A stretch of 60,688 nucleotides of DNA from a virus (Duplodnaviria; Caudoviricetes), in IMG/VR virus record IMGVR_UViG_3300037510_000159, positions 1 to 60,688 of that record. The stretch is one strand, 5' to 3'. A program made the translations under genes and the position numbers. Under the pieces are notes generated by a model. That model had not been told where the DNA came from and ran no database searches. It saw nothing but the letters and a program-made list of their open reading frames with translations. Shown in pieces: positions 18,675 through 27,697 of this stretch. Each line of letters starts with the position of its first letter. Within the stretch, counting starts at the first letter, position 1.

Positions 18675-18972
18675 CAAGGGAGCTGTTACTTCGGCGCCGC
18701 GATTAAGCGCCTCTGACCATCATAAACGATGGCGGCCCGTCATTTCTGCGGGCTCTCCGGCTCTCACCGGAGGTCGGGCTCTATCATCATCCCCCGCCGA
18801 GCGGAGGCGTCCGACATATAGTCTCTGAGGGTCCGGCTAATGTACCCAGCCGTCTTCCCTGCTGATTGCCCATTGTAACATCCGGCCGATTGTCACTGCT
18901 TTCGCGAGTACGGACGGCTTTAGGGGTTTCCAGCAAATAGTCGGATTTTACATGCACAAGTGGACTTTATTT
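18675..18972 (-). mobile_element. Group I intron 1 (298 nt, no ORF)
   Basis: CAU|AAAU 5' site with P1 partner GTGCATG; P TTGCTGGAAA, Q AATCAGCAGG, R TCAGAGACTA; terminal G before GAG TGG; CCACT can form P10. Confidence 0.9.
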
Positions 18973-19116
18973 ATGCATGACAGCGGTAGCTTTGTTCTTG
19001 CTGATCGCGTCCTGAAAGGGGGTATCTACAGGACTTATAAGGTAAATTTGATCAGCCAGGTCTTCCCTGTTCCCGACGGCAGAGAAGGTAAGAAACGCGT
19101 TTTGTTGGATAGCCAT
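18973..19116 (-). CDS. Major capsid protein exon 1 (spliced product 315 aa)
   Basis: MAIQQNAFLTFSAVGNREDLADQIYLISPVDTPF..KATAVMH joins EWQ in frame. Confidence 0.9.
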
Positions 19117-19124
19117 GATCAGCC

Positions 19125-20270
19125 CTAGATCTGGGACAAGATCGCGTCGATGCGCACGTCCAGTGGCTGGCGCGGATCGCGTCCAAGTTTGCGCATGGCA
19201 TTGCGCTGTGGGCGGGCTGCTTGGCCTGTGTTTCCTTCGCTGTTGCCCGGCGAGGCCGCAAGGCGCGGCGTCGGGGCCTGACGCTTGTCCGCAGTCGCTT
19301 GGCGGGCTGCGGTGCGCTGTGCCTGAGTAGTGGTTTGCTGTGCCACCATCTCGTGGTACTTGCGCGCGTCCTCGAACGCTTTTGCCACCCGTGCGTCGCG
19401 TATGACGGCGACGTCGGCCGGCTTAAACCCGTATTGCTTAACCGCGAAAGCTCGAACTATGTCGAGGCCCTCTTTCGCCTTTTGAAGGGTTTCGGCTTGG
19501 TCTTTTCCGTGCCACTCGGGCATGGATTGGACGAGCTTGATGCCCTCCTGGGCCAGCTTCTCGTGAGTTATTTGCGCGTCGATCGCATCGCGTTGCTTGA
19601 CGGCGGCGTCGAAATGCGCCCGGCGCTGTTGGTAAGCAAACCAGAGTTGTTGCGTTCCGGCAGGGTCTTCTGCTGCCGCTTTTGTCCAATCCAAATTCTG
19701 GCCTGCGGTCAGAACGGGATCAAACTGCTCAGCTAAGGAAATGTAGGTTGTAGCCTGCTCCACATAGCGTTGCCGCTCTTGTCGTGTCGCCTGGACCTCG
19801 GGCTCAAAAGCCTGTCGGACCTCGGCGAATGCGGACTGAAGCCGGCGGACCTCACCGTCACGTTGTCCCTCCCGCGAGCGGATGTACTCCTGGGTCGCAC
19901 GAGGGAGCTTCTGCCAGTGCTCGGCCTGCTCTTTGTCCCAAAACGGCGGCGGCTCGATGGGCGGACCTGCGTCCGGCTCGGGCTTTTCGTCGTCTTCTTC
20001 GTCGCTGGGCTGATCTTCCTCAGGTGCGACGTCAGCATCCCCGGCTTCTGCCGGGGCCTGATCCTGCTCTTCGTCTTCAGCGGCGCCATCGCCTTTCGGC
20101 TTGTCGTCCAGCTTGTCGACGATGTTATCCACCAAGGCGTCGAGGCCGCCGCCGCCCATGATGTCGGCCGCTCCATTATCGGAGTGGCACAAAGAGGGCG
20201 GGCAATAGTCGAGCGGCAACTCAGGGCGATGCAAAGCTTCGCCCGACCCCAAAAGGAGGCGTTTAAACAT
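19125..20270 (-). CDS. Capsid scaffolding protein
   Basis: Acidic N-terminus, PPFWDKE..W.KLP motif, coiled coil; directly upstream of capsid gene. Confidence 0.8.
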   Translation of the reverse strand: MFKRLLLGSGEALHRPELPLDYCPPSLCHSDNGAADIMGGGGLDALVDNIVDKLDDKPKGDGAAEDEEQDQAPAEAGDADVAPEEDQPSDEEDDEKPEPDAGPPIEPPPFWDKEQAEHWQKLPRATQEYIRSREGQRDGEVRRLQSAFAEVRQAFEPEVQATRQERQRYVEQATTYISLAEQFDPVLTAGQNLDWTKAAAEDPAGTQQLWFAYQQRRAHFDAAVKQRDAIDAQITHEKLAQEGIKLVQSMPEWHGKDQAETLQKAKEGLDIVRAFAVKQYGFKPADVAVIRDARVAKAFEDARKYHEMVAQQTTTQAQRTAARQATADKRQAPTPRLAASPGNSEGNTGQAARPQRNAMRKLGRDPRQPLDVRIDAILSQI

Positions 20271-20308
20271 TCCTGTCGTCCGTGTGTTATACTAAGGGGA
20301 GTTTAACG

Positions 20309-20668
20309 ATGGAGAAGCAGATGGCTGACGCAGGTTTTGAAACGCCCGCGCTCAACGACAAAGGCCGCGAGGCGGCGGCCAAGATCACAACCGCGTTCGA
20401 CCGGCTAATCGATGAGGTGGACCCGTATTGCTACTCGGGCTCACACTGGGACCGGGCCAAGCGGAGGATGGAGGAGGCGTGCGGCCTGGCGCTCCGGTCT
20501 GCCTCACTCAACCCGGCCAATCAGGAGGACGCGCTCGAGGCCGGTCGCGCGGAGGCGCGGCGTGCGGCGACGGCGGCGCTGGAGAAAAGCTCGGCCGAGC
20601 CCGAGGGGACGGTGGAGATGCTGCTCCCGCCCGAGGGAGCGGGCCGGGCTCAGACGCGGACGACCTAA
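20309..20668 (+). CDS. Acb2/Tad1-like helical protein (divergent), antisense moron
   Basis: F...LNDKG...A.KI..AFD.L...C..G..W..AK.RMEEAC..A pattern; own extended -10 TGTTATACT and AAGGGGA RBS. Confidence 0.5.
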   Translation: MEKQMADAGFETPALNDKGREAAAKITTAFDRLIDEVDPYCYSGSHWDRAKRRMEEACGLALRSASLNPANQEDALEAGRAEARRAATAALEKSSAEPEGTVEMLLPPEGAGRAQTRTT

Positions 20669-20759
20669 ACAATCGAGTTTCCCCAAGCCTGCCGGTGGAC
20701 CGTAGCCGCTTAGGGGAAAGCCAGGGGCGTCCGGTCCACCTTGGCGCCCCTGGCACCTA

Positions 20760-21173
20760 TCAGACGACCGGGTCGCGGCCGTAGCGGTCGCGGTGCTCCC
20801 TCTCGCGCTCGAGATCCCTGATCCTGTCGGCGGCCAATTCGCCGCCGGCGATCAACAATTCGAGTTGAATATAAAATTCCTTCAGCAGGTCGAGCTTGAG
20901 GCGCAGGAGCTGCAGCCGGTCAGGGTCGCGGACGTCGGAGAGCTCCCAGGCGTTGTTGAGGAGCTGGCGCATTTGCCCTAGCGCCCACTGCAGCACCTCG
21001 TCCTCGAGCAGCCGCTTGGCGGCCTGGCCGCGGGCGACGGCGCTCTCGAGCTGGTCGCCGGCCGCGCGCATCTCGTGCGGCTCGATGCGCCACTGCGGCG
21101 CCGGCAGCTCGGGCTCCGGCCTGAGGCGCGGCGGCGGCAGGTGCGCCCACAGCCACACCAGCCACGCGGGCAT
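20760..21173 (-). CDS. Conserved small protein of portal-scaffold region
   Basis: RGQAAKRLLEDEVL..A...L...W..S motif. Confidence 0.65.
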   Translation of the reverse strand: MPAWLVWLWAHLPPPRLRPEPELPAPQWRIEPHEMRAAGDQLESAVARGQAAKRLLEDEVLQWALGQMRQLLNNAWELSDVRDPDRLQLLRLKLDLLKEFYIQLELLIAGGELAADRIRDLEREREHRDRYGRDPVV

Positions 21174-21249
21174 TAGATAAAAACCGTAGCGATGCCGCGC
21201 CGAAACAGGGCGGTTTGTGCTATCATTGTGCCCCTTTGAGAGGTGCGAG

Positions 21250-21534
21250 ATGGACGAAACAACCGGCCGGGAAGAGGTGCTGGAGCTGATCCGCGAGCGC
21301 GGTTATCTGTGCCGGCTTGAGAACACCGATGCGTGGTGGATCGCTACCGATCGGCCGCCCGAGGATCTCCCCGAGGCTTGGGACGAAACTGCGGAAATCG
21401 CTTCCGGCGACGCCCGCTCGTTGATCGACGCCGGAGCGCTCAAAGAGCAGCGCCGGTACTCACTTGACGGAGGTACGCTCGTCATCGTCTTTGCTCCCGC
21501 CCATCAGGGCGGCGGCCCCTCCGGCGGAGAGTAG
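21250..21534 (+). CDS. Hypothetical acidic moron protein
   Basis: GAGG RBS and TGTGCTATCAT -10-like element; convergent overlap with 21460-22803. Confidence 0.55.
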   Translation: MDETTGREEVLELIRERGYLCRLENTDAWWIATDRPPEDLPEAWDETAEIASGDARSLIDAGALKEQRRYSLDGGTLVIVFAPAHQGGGPSGGE

Positions 21535-22803
21535 AGGGAACTCTTTCCGCAGGACGCTGCGCTGGAATACCTGCTCCGGCGTCAATCCCATGATCGAAGC
21601 CGTGCGCCGGACGCGCTCTTCCAGCGTGCCGATCGCCGGCGTCGTCCCCGAGAGGTCGGTGCCCTTAAAATACTCCGGCACGCCAACCCAGGTCGTCGAC
21701 TGCATCTGCGCCGGCTCCATCCCGAGCTCTTTTGCCAACGGCTGGTGGAAGTTGTTTTCGATGTAGCCATAGAGCGAGGTGGGATCGACGGCTTCCATAG
21801 CCGCACCGCCCTTGGTCTTCATGCCCATCGCCCGCAGATCGCGGACATCGACCGTCGGCACTGACCAGTTGCCTACGAGGTTTTGCGCCATTGACGTCGG
21901 CTTCGGGTTGGTCAGGGGATACTGGTTGCCGATCGTGACGCGATCCGGCTGCAGCAGATTTTCGATATTCTGAATGTGCATCGGGAAATTCTTGTAACCC
22001 GGCGGCGCCGACGACGTCGGCACCCAGTTGAACTGGGTTGTGCTGCCCTCTCGATACTTCTTGACCAGCTCCGGCAGCGGCTTGCCTTCCGCCAGCAAAT
22101 TCTCGAAATAGGAGCCCTGCTTGATATTCTGCGGGAAGTCGGTCCGCGGGGATGTCGCCGACCACATATTCATATTTGAGCGCCACTTGGCGTCGCCTGC
22201 CTGCTCGCCAAACTCGCCGATATAGCGCTCGCGAAGAGGGAAGGTATTCCACCACCCGAGCGTGTTCTGGTCGCCGCCAACCTCGCGCCCCGTCTTCAAG
22301 ACCGCCTTGTACTGCTCCCTCATCGCAGGGTCTTCAATCTGCGACTTGGCCCAGTCGGGCACGCCTTTGGCCGGCGGCGGCATCCGCTCGACCGGCTCCT
22401 GCGGCACGTCGGGCCGCTCGGTAAGACGCGAGTAATCGAACAGCGGCGTTTCGGTGCCCTTGCCGATATTCGGCGCCGGCAGATCGGAGCGCGCCGCAGA
22501 CGGCGCCTTGGGCGTCTTAGTCCCGAGACCGCCGCCGCTGACGCCCATCGCGACATTGGTTGCGGCATCGATCTGGCTCGGGTCTTTTGCCATCGCGACC
22601 GCGTTCTCGCGCGGGCTCAGCTCCGGGTTCCACCCATAGGCGCCCATCAGGCTGGCGAGCCCCTGCTGCAGGTAGTCTCCGGACGCGACATCGCGCCCGT
22701 AGCCCCCGACCACCGGCTCCATCGCCTGCGACGAGGCGGCAGCGCCGGCAGCTTCCGGGTCGTCGCCCAGGATCGAGCGCAGCCAGGAGGGTAGGATTGC
22801 CAT
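21460..22803 (-). CDS. Effector-like protein B: shared N-terminus plus glycosylase-like (DUF7178-like) domain
   Basis: First 88 aa paralogous to 22807-24054; W..SATSP..N..PK...QNL.G...TVD...Y..LA.ELG..PAQ.Q..W pattern. Confidence 0.55.
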   Translation of the reverse strand: MAILPSWLRSILGDDPEAAGAAASSQAMEPVVGGYGRDVASGDYLQQGLASLMGAYGWNPELSPRENAVAMAKDPSQIDAATNVAMGVSGGGLGTKTPKAPSAARSDLPAPNIGKGTETPLFDYSRLTERPDVPQEPVERMPPPAKGVPDWAKSQIEDPAMREQYKAVLKTGREVGGDQNTLGWWNTFPLRERYIGEFGEQAGDAKWRSNMNMWSATSPRTDFPQNIKQGSYFENLLAEGKPLPELVKKYREGSTTQFNWVPTSSAPPGYKNFPMHIQNIENLLQPDRVTIGNQYPLTNPKPTSMAQNLVGNWSVPTVDVRDLRAMGMKTKGGAAMEAVDPTSLYGYIENNFHQPLAKELGMEPAQMQSTTWVGVPEYFKGTDLSGTTPAIGTLEERVRRTASIMGLTPEQVFQRSVLRKEFPLLSAGGAAALMGGSKDDDERTSVK

Positions 22804-22806
22804 CGG

Positions 22807-24054
22807 CTACTGCTCCCCGCCTTGCATGATCCCGGCGTAAGGGCTCGAGGCTGCCGCAGTGCCGGCCCCGAGCGTGCCCAGGAGGCCGTACTTGCGCAGG
22901 ATCTCGATCAGATGGTCGTTGCCGGGGAAGGTCACGAAATTGCTGGTCGTATTTTCGCTTTCCCATTTCGCCAAATCCACTTTGGCTTGATCTCGCATCG
23001 CTTGCGACACGCTGGGATCGTTCATTATTTTACGATTGATCGAAATTTGGCCCGGCACGACACGCGAGCTCTGGTCGAGGTAGCGGATGCCGGGGATGTC
23101 TGCCGCGCGGAGGGCCTCGGACGCCTGCCTACTGTAAGGCCGTCCCGTAAGGTCGAAGGAAAGCCCGCTGTAGAGCGTGTTGCCCGTAACCGGCCCGATG
23201 TCGACGCCATACGACGTCCGCGTCGGCTCTTGATACGGCAATGACGAAAGCATCCCTCTTACCGCTTTGCGGCGAGATCCGGACAGCCTGTCGAGGATCT
23301 CCGGCTGGGCGTTCAGCGGCTTGTCCCAATCGAGAAACCGCTGCGGGTCGGCGTTGATGTTGACTTCGTACATGCTGCCGGCCGGCGTTAGCTTCGCTCC
23401 CTTGTCCTGCCATTCTCCAAGCACACGGATGGCGTTCTCCATGTCTTTCCTGGCCGTGCCGGTTGGAGTATCTGGTACAGCTTCATATCCACTGCGCAAT
23501 GTTTTCAACGCACTCGCATAGGGCGCGGATGATTGCATATCGGCCGCATTTTCCAGATGCGCGAGAGCTATATATTCCGGGGAGCCCCGCGCCGGGACGA
23601 GCTTCTGGTCGCCGATCTGAATTGCCGTCTGGCTGAGACCATCCCGATAGCTCCGCGCCACCGGCTCGTGCTCCGCAAAATAAAGACCCGTTCCATACGC
23701 TTGGCCTCCCTCGCCGGAGCCGATCTTGCTGCTATCAAAGCGGTCGAAGCTGTGCGGGCTGCCGTGATAGGCCCGGATCGCGCCAGGCCCGACGCCCATC
23801 GCGACGTTGGTCGCCGTGTCGAGCTGGCTCGGGTCTTTTGCCATCGCAACCGCGTTCTCGCGCGGGCTCATCTCCGGATCCCACCCGTAGGAGCCCATCA
23901 GGCTGGCGAGCCCCTTCTGCAGGTAGTCTCCGGACGCGACATCGCGCCCGTAGCCCTCGATCGCCGGCTCCATTGCGCTCGACGCCTGCGCTGCGCCCTC
24001 ACCCTCCGGATCGTCGCCCATCAGCGACGCGAGCCAGGAGCGCAGATCGGCCAC
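22807..24054 (-). CDS. Effector-like protein A: shared N-terminus plus ADP-ribosyltransferase-like domain
   Basis: AYHGSPHSFDRFDSSKIGSGEGGQAYGTGLYFAE motif of polyvalent-protein ART domains. Confidence 0.7.
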   Translation of the reverse strand: MADLRSWLASLMGDDPEGEGAAQASSAMEPAIEGYGRDVASGDYLQKGLASLMGSYGWDPEMSPRENAVAMAKDPSQLDTATNVAMGVGPGAIRAYHGSPHSFDRFDSSKIGSGEGGQAYGTGLYFAEHEPVARSYRDGLSQTAIQIGDQKLVPARGSPEYIALAHLENAADMQSSAPYASALKTLRSGYEAVPDTPTGTARKDMENAIRVLGEWQDKGAKLTPAGSMYEVNINADPQRFLDWDKPLNAQPEILDRLSGSRRKAVRGMLSSLPYQEPTRTSYGVDIGPVTGNTLYSGLSFDLTGRPYSRQASEALRAADIPGIRYLDQSSRVVPGQISINRKIMNDPSVSQAMRDQAKVDLAKWESENTTSNFVTFPGNDHLIEILRKYGLLGTLGAGTAAASSPYAGIMQGGEQ

Positions 24055-24057
24055 CGG

Positions 24058-26754
24058 CTACAGCTCCATCTGCGGTGCCGGTTGCGCCTGCGCCCGGGCC
24101 GCGGTTGCCGCAATGTCCGCGTTGGCCTTGGCGACGTCGATCTCGCGCTTGACCTGGGCATCTCGCATGTCGTCCGCGGCCTCGTGCTGAGCCCGCATGC
24201 TCTCGATGTCGGCCTGCGCCTGCGCCCGGGTCATCTCGAGCCGCATCTCGTGCTCGGCGCGGCGCTGGTTGAGCTCCATCTCGAGCTGCGCCTTCTGGCG
24301 CTGGGCGTCCAGCTCGGCCTGCAGCTTGGCCTGACCCATCTGGGCCTCGAGCTGGGCCTTCTGCTGCATCGTGTGCGCGTCGAGCTGCGCCTTCTGCATC
24401 TGGATCTGGCCGTCGATCTGCGCCTTCTGCTGCTGCACTTGGATCTGCGCCTGCGCCAGGGCCATCGTCGGGTCGGGCTTGTCGGGCGGCGGCGGGTGCG
24501 ACGGCGGCGCGGATGGGTCGGCGTAGTACGGATCCACCGTCCCGAGCCCGGTGTACTCGACCAATTTTTTCAGCTTCGCGTGCAAGTGCTCGGCATAGAG
24601 AAGCGGCCCGTTGAGGCCCTGCTGAAATGTTATGATTTTCTCGTCGAGGGCCAGCATCGCCAGGATGTTCTTGCCGAGCCGCTCCTGGCTCCCGGTGCCG
24701 AGCCCGACGGTCACCGTCATCAGCATCCCGGTATCCCACTCGCGCGGGTTTATCTCGACATACTGCCCGCCGATCTTCTCCATCGTCGGCTTCTTGCGAT
24801 GCATGCTTTCGAGCTTGAGGATTAACCTCATCGCGCGCTTGTATCCGGTCTCGGCGAAATTCCTGGCGATAAACCGGATGCGCTCTTTTGTGCTGTCGTC
24901 GACCAGCATCGCGCCGGTCGCCGTGTCGGTGTACGCGTTGTTCAATACATCGGCGCCGGGGCCTTGTGCGAAGCGGCGCAGCCCGGTGCGTACCTCGCGC
25001 ACCGAGTCCATCATCGCGATCATCGTGTAGGCGTCGGCCGCCACCGGCAATGTCGGGATCGCCTGCATCGCGTCGGCCGGGTTGCCGGTGATCCGCACGA
25101 TGCCGCCCGGCCGCCGGGTCACGAGGTCGTCGATCGTGACCCTGGCCGGGTCGACGGCCAACTGCGGCGCGTTGGCGTTGTAGACCGTGTCCAAGGCGCC
25201 GCGGACCAAAACGCTCTTGATCTCCTGAATGTCGGAGACCTTCTCGGTCAACGACCCGCCCCAGAAAGCGTGCGGCTCCGGGTACGGCGTCAGCGAGCAG
25301 AACGGGTTGTCGTCGACCTCCTCGTTCTGCAAAATCAAGTCCGCGCCGTCGCTCTCGCCGGCCGACACGACGGCACGCATCTCGGCATAGCCGTCGCCGT
25401 CGTAATCACACCGGATAAAAGCCTCGACGACCCACACGCGCCGGCGGGTCTCGTCAAATTCCTCGCCGTCCTCGTCGCCCTGGTCCTGATCGGCGTAGCG
25501 GTCGATCCGCGCGATGTCGCCGGTGGCGTGGCCTCCGGGCAGCGCCATGATCTCGTCCGCGAAATCCGGAAAGCGTTGCGCCAGCTCGCCGACCGGCTGC
25601 AGGTAGCGGTGCGCGGTGAACCCGTTGCCCTCGAGCTTGGAGCTGCGCGCCGAGATCAGGAACTCGTCAAGCGGCACCGCGGCGATGCGGATGCGGCCCT
25701 CCATGTTGGTCCGCCGCACGACCATGTCGTGGACCTGCGGCCCCCCATTTGGCGCCAAGGGGGGCGCCATTTGGGGCGGCATGGCCTGCGGGCCCGGCCC
25801 CAGCGGTCCCGGCGGCATCATCCCTGGCGGCATGGCCGGGCCTGGAGCCGCACCATCCGGGGGAGGAACAGGTGGCGGCCCCGCGCTCGGTTGGGGACCG
25901 GGCGGCCCAGCCATGCCTGGCGGCGGGCCTTGCGGCCCAGGAGGCGGCCCCATTGGCATCGAGCCCGGGGGCATCGAGCCCGGGGGCATCGAGCCCGGGG
26001 GCATCGAGCCCGGGGGCATCGAGCCCGGGGGCATCATGCCTTGCGGGGGCATTCGAGGGGGCGGAGGTGCGCCGGGAGGCCCGGCACCGTTTAAACGCGG
26101 TCCCGGCATACCCGGGGGCATGCCCGGCGGCGGCACCATCATCCCGTCCGGCGGTCCCTGCGGCACCATGCCGGCGAGCCCGGCCACGATCATTGCGGCC
26201 TGCGCCTGCGGATCCGGACGCGATTGGAGATCGACGATCTCGACGTCTTCTTCCTCCGCCAGCATCTGCGCCGACAGGTCGGAGAGGTCGCGATAAACTT
26301 CGCGCGTCACCTTTGGTGTATCATCCCACCAGATCTTAATGATGCCGTTCTTGAAGCGCAGCGCGTCGTGCATCCAGGCATAGCTCGTCAGATACCCGTC
26401 GTCGCTCTTTCTCCAGCATCGATTAACGTATTCGGTGGCCTGGTCAGCTTGTGCGCAGCGCTTGCTGACCTCATCCGCCGGCATGTTGTAGTAGATATTC
26501 GGCTCGAACCTGCAAATCTCGGCCGTGGTCTCGAAGATCTCCATCAGAGCCGGCATGCTCTGGTCGATCGCCTCCGCCACGTCGCGGCTGACGACCTGGC
26601 TGCGCCCCTTGACCTCCGAACCCAGCGGGTCGCCGCGGTAATACCGCAGCGCGTTGATGCGGCTCGTTGCCAGCGACGAGCTGTTGTCGCCGCCTGCCGC
26701 CGCAATCTGCGCCGACAGCAGCGAGCACAGCGTCATGTCGTCCATCTTGGGCAT
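24058..26754 (-). CDS. Portal protein (P22-like) with Pro/Gly/Met-rich insertion
   Basis: ALRYYRGDP..EVKGRSQVVSRDV, DALRFKNGIIKIWWD, CDYDGDG.AE, TATGA motifs; Gln-rich coiled-coil C-terminus. Confidence 0.9.
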   Translation of the reverse strand: MPKMDDMTLCSLLSAQIAAAGGDNSSSLATSRINALRYYRGDPLGSEVKGRSQVVSRDVAEAIDQSMPALMEIFETTAEICRFEPNIYYNMPADEVSKRCAQADQATEYVNRCWRKSDDGYLTSYAWMHDALRFKNGIIKIWWDDTPKVTREVYRDLSDLSAQMLAEEEDVEIVDLQSRPDPQAQAAMIVAGLAGMVPQGPPDGMMVPPPGMPPGMPGPRLNGAGPPGAPPPPRMPPQGMMPPGSMPPGSMPPGSMPPGSMPPGSMPMGPPPGPQGPPPGMAGPPGPQPSAGPPPVPPPDGAAPGPAMPPGMMPPGPLGPGPQAMPPQMAPPLAPNGGPQVHDMVVRRTNMEGRIRIAAVPLDEFLISARSSKLEGNGFTAHRYLQPVGELAQRFPDFADEIMALPGGHATGDIARIDRYADQDQGDEDGEEFDETRRRVWVVEAFIRCDYDGDGYAEMRAVVSAGESDGADLILQNEEVDDNPFCSLTPYPEPHAFWGGSLTEKVSDIQEIKSVLVRGALDTVYNANAPQLAVDPARVTIDDLVTRRPGGIVRITGNPADAMQAIPTLPVAADAYTMIAMMDSVREVRTGLRRFAQGPGADVLNNAYTDTATGAMLVDDSTKERIRFIARNFAETGYKRAMRLILKLESMHRKKPTMEKIGGQYVEINPREWDTGMLMTVTVGLGTGSQERLGKNILAMLALDEKIITFQQGLNGPLLYAEHLHAKLKKLVEYTGLGTVDPYYADPSAPPSHPPPPDKPDPTMALAQAQIQVQQQKAQIDGQIQMQKAQLDAHTMQQKAQLEAQMGQAKLQAELDAQRQKAQLEMELNQRRAEHEMRLEMTRAQAQADIESMRAQHEAADDMRDAQVKREIDVAKANADIAATAARAQAQPAPQMEL
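25956..26035. repeat. 5 x 15-bp tandem repeat (MPPGS) in portal
   Basis: GCATCGAGCCCGGGG repeated five times exactly. Confidence 0.95.
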
Positions 26755-26797
26755 GGGCGATGGCGCCTCTATAATCTGTGGGACGGACGGAGGAGAG

Positions 26798-26956
26798 ATG
26801 CGCGCAGCGCCAAAACCAGTCGTGTTCAGCGAGCCCGAACTGGAGGAGCTGAAACGGCTCCTCCTGCGGGAGCTTGAGCAGCGCGGCTGCGCCGCTGACC
26901 CCGCGGCCACAACCGCTCTGTTCAAGCTGGTGGAAGCGGCAAGGGTGAGGGAGTAA
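26798..26956 (+). CDS. Hypothetical protein, first gene of antisense operon
   Basis: TATAAT at 26770 and GGAGGAG RBS; 52 aa. Confidence 0.6.
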   Translation: MRAAPKPVVFSEPELEELKRLLLRELEQRGCAADPAATTALFKLVEAARVRE

Positions 26957-26959
26957 CCA

Positions 26960-27697
26960 ATGGGCGAAAGCAAACGACGCAACCTTGCGGCTCAGGTCCA
27001 AACTCGTTTGGACCGACCACATTGCCCGGTACACCCGAGCATCGCCCAGATCGAGGCGCCGGCCCGCATCCGCCGGCTCCGGCTCGACCACCGCGGCTTC
27101 CCGGTGCCCTGGTTCGTGGCATGGGTCGACGGCAAGGCGGATCACCGCATCATCGACACACCCAAGCTCGTGTCGGCCATAAAGCAGCGCCTGTGCTGGA
27201 CGTGCGGCGAGCCGCTGGGCAAGACCTACGCTTTCCTCATCGGCCCGATGTGCGCCGTCAACCGGGTCATCTCCGAGCCGCCGTCCCATCGCGAATGCGC
27301 CGAGTATGCGGTGGCGGCGTGCCCGTTTCTGTCGCGGCCGGAAGCGCACCGCCGCACCGCCGGCATGCCGAACGTCGACCTGGCCTGGGCCGCGGGCAAC
27401 GGCTTGAAGCGCAATCCCGGCGTTACCTGCCTCTGGATCACCCGCTCCTACAAGCCGTTCCGCGTGCCCGGCAACAGCCACGGCAACGCTGGGATCCTGT
27501 TTGAGCTGGGGCCGCCGATCGAAACCGTGTGGTACGCCCTGGGCCGGCGCGCGAGCCATCAGGAGGTCGCCAGCGCGCTCTACTCCGGCCTGCCGGCGCT
27601 GATCGAGGTCGCGCACGAGGAAGGCCGCGAGGCCGAGGACGCTCTCGCCGGCATGGTCGCCGCCGCGATGCCGCTGCTGCCGGCGGCGGCATCATGA
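26960..27697 (+). CDS. Conserved phage Cys/His-rich protein
   Basis: GFPVPWFV..LCWTCGEPL..FLIGPMC.VNR.ISEPPSHRECAEYA..ACPFL. Confidence 0.75.
   Translation: MGESKRRNLAAQVQTRLDRPHCPVHPSIAQIEAPARIRRLRLDHRGFPVPWFVAWVDGKADHRIIDTPKLVSAIKQRLCWTCGEPLGKTYAFLIGPMCAVNRVISEPPSHRECAEYAVAACPFLSRPEAHRRTAGMPNVDLAWAAGNGLKRNPGVTCLWITRSYKPFRVPGNSHGNAGILFELGPPIETVWYALGRRASHQEVASALYSGLPALIEVAHEEGREAEDALAGMVAAAMPLLPAAAS

Noticed and set aside
17940-18677. Truncated or pseudogenised capsid gene
   Set aside because: Flanking group I introns restore a full-length frame.
25956-26035. CRISPR array
   Set aside because: Contiguous 15-bp coding repeats with no spacers.
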